Source: Dehalococcoidales bacterium (GTDB lineage: Bacteria > Chloroflexota > Dehalococcoidia > Dehalococcoidales > RBG-16-60-22). Taken from it: a stretch of 62,600 nt of DNA. Shown here one piece after another: positions 61,828 through 62,600 of the stretch. Location of the stretch: NCBI GenBank assembly GCA_034430495.1, contig DAOUEG010000115.1, forward strand, positions 1-62,600, written 5' to 3'. The translations under genes were made by a program, and so were the position numbers. A model generated the notes under the pieces. The model saw only the letters and a program-made list of their open reading frames with translations. It had not been told where the DNA came from and made no database searches. Within the stretch, counting starts at the first letter, position 1. Each line of letters begins with the position of its first letter.

Positions 61828-62600
61828 TCAGGGCTTGATGAGAATCTTGATGGACGTGCCGGCCTTGTGGAGCTCGAAGGCGTGCCTGATGTCCCTGAGC
61901 GGGATGATGTCCGTGATGAGGGCGTCGAGCTCCAGCTTGGGGAGCAAACTGAGCGCCCGCGGGAACGAGTACGGGGAGACGAAGGTGGAGGTGATGGTGA
62001 GCTCCTTGGCGTACAGGGTGAAGGGCGAAACGGGGATCTTCACGTCCTTGCCGTAGACGGCCGCCCAGAGGATGGTGGCCTTGTTGTCCGCCAGCTCGAT
62101 GCACTGCTCGGCGGCCTTGACGTTGCCGGAGGCGTCAATGACGACGTCGAAGCCGCGGCCGTCGGTGAGCCGCTTCCCGGCGGCGACGAGGTCCTCGCCG
62201 AAGGGGTCCACGGCGAGGTCCGCGCCGAGCCTGAGGGCGAGCTCTCGCTTCTCCCTGACTGGCTCGGAAACCATGGCGCGGGCGGCCCCGGCCTTGAGGG
62301 CCATCTCCAGGCAGAGGAGGCCAATGGGCCCGCCCCCGGCGATGGCGACGGTGCTGCCGGTGCGGACGCCCGCCTGGTCAATGGCGTGGACGGCCACCGA
62401 GACCGGTTCCAGCAGCGCGCCCTGCTCCATGGTGAGGTCGTCGGAGAGGGGATAGATGCAGCTCTCCGGGTAGACGGCGTACTCCGCGAAGGAGCCGGAA
62501 GAGCCTTCGCCGGTGCGGCAGAAGTGCTCCATCCCGTTGCGGCAGTACCAGCAGGCCCCGCAGGAGGACCGGAAGTTCATGGCGACGCGCTGGCCGACCT
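61828..62600 (-). CDS. Zinc-dependent alcohol dehydrogenase (MDR family), 5'-partial at window edge
   Basis: Structural-Zn motif CGACWYCRNGMEHFC and GGGPIG Rossmann motif. The reading frame stays open to position 62600, so about 90 N-terminal residues lie outside the window. Confidence 0.88.
   Translation of the reverse strand, partial: VGQRVAMNFRSSCGACWYCRNGMEHFCRTGEGSSGSFAEYAVYPESCIYPLSDDLTMEQGALLEPVSVAVHAIDQAGVRTGSTVAIAGGGPIGLLCLEMALKAGAARAMVSEPVREKRELALRLGADLAVDPFGEDLVAAGKRLTDGRGFDVVIDASGNVKAAEQCIELADNKATILWAAVYGKDVKIPVSPFTLYAKELTITSTFVSPYSFPRALSLLPKLELDALITDIIPLRDIRHAFELHKAGTSIKILIKP

Overview
GC-rich (roughly two-thirds G+C by eye, not computed), densely coding bacterial chromosomal segment. 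It holds about 57 protein genes and short intergenic spacers. I recognised no rRNA, tRNA, CRISPR array, integrase, transposase or phage gene. All calls come from reading the translated ORFs for family motifs and the DNA for signals; no database search was possible. Taxon cannot be assigned.

Gene content points to a strict anaerobe with ferredoxin-centred metabolism:
- hrcA-grpE-dnaK heat-shock operon with a CIRCE operator
- Sec-containing SelD, whose in-frame TGA the ORF track missed
- three tungsten-type aldehyde:ferredoxin oxidoreductase (AOR) paralogs
- 2-oxoacid:ferredoxin oxidoreductase
- split ADP-forming acyl-CoA synthetase
- LarA-like protein, split transketolase, pyruvate kinase
- MMPL, MFS and ABC-2 transporters
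- MoxR-DUF58-DUF4129 triad

Most interesting loci:
1. A four-subunit benzoyl-CoA-reductase / 2-hydroxyacyl-CoA-dehydratase-type radical enzyme operon. One of its two ATPases carries a fused ferredoxin domain, and the operon ends in an acyl-carrier protein (45909-50494).
2. Two prepilin-like genes plus a 929-aa repeat-containing surface protein, directly downstream of a PAS histidine kinase and a REC/HD-GYP-like regulator with a degenerate GYP motif (23171-30300).
3. Three dispersed paralogs of an uncharacterised bicupin, one of them membrane-anchored.
4. A dispersed palindromic (REP-like) repeat family with a conserved loop and covarying stems.
5. An in-frame chimeric ORF joining a thiolase-fold N-terminus to a truncated CoA-transferase B subunit.

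Many long ORFs in the track are antisense shadow ORFs typical of high-GC DNA and were rejected.
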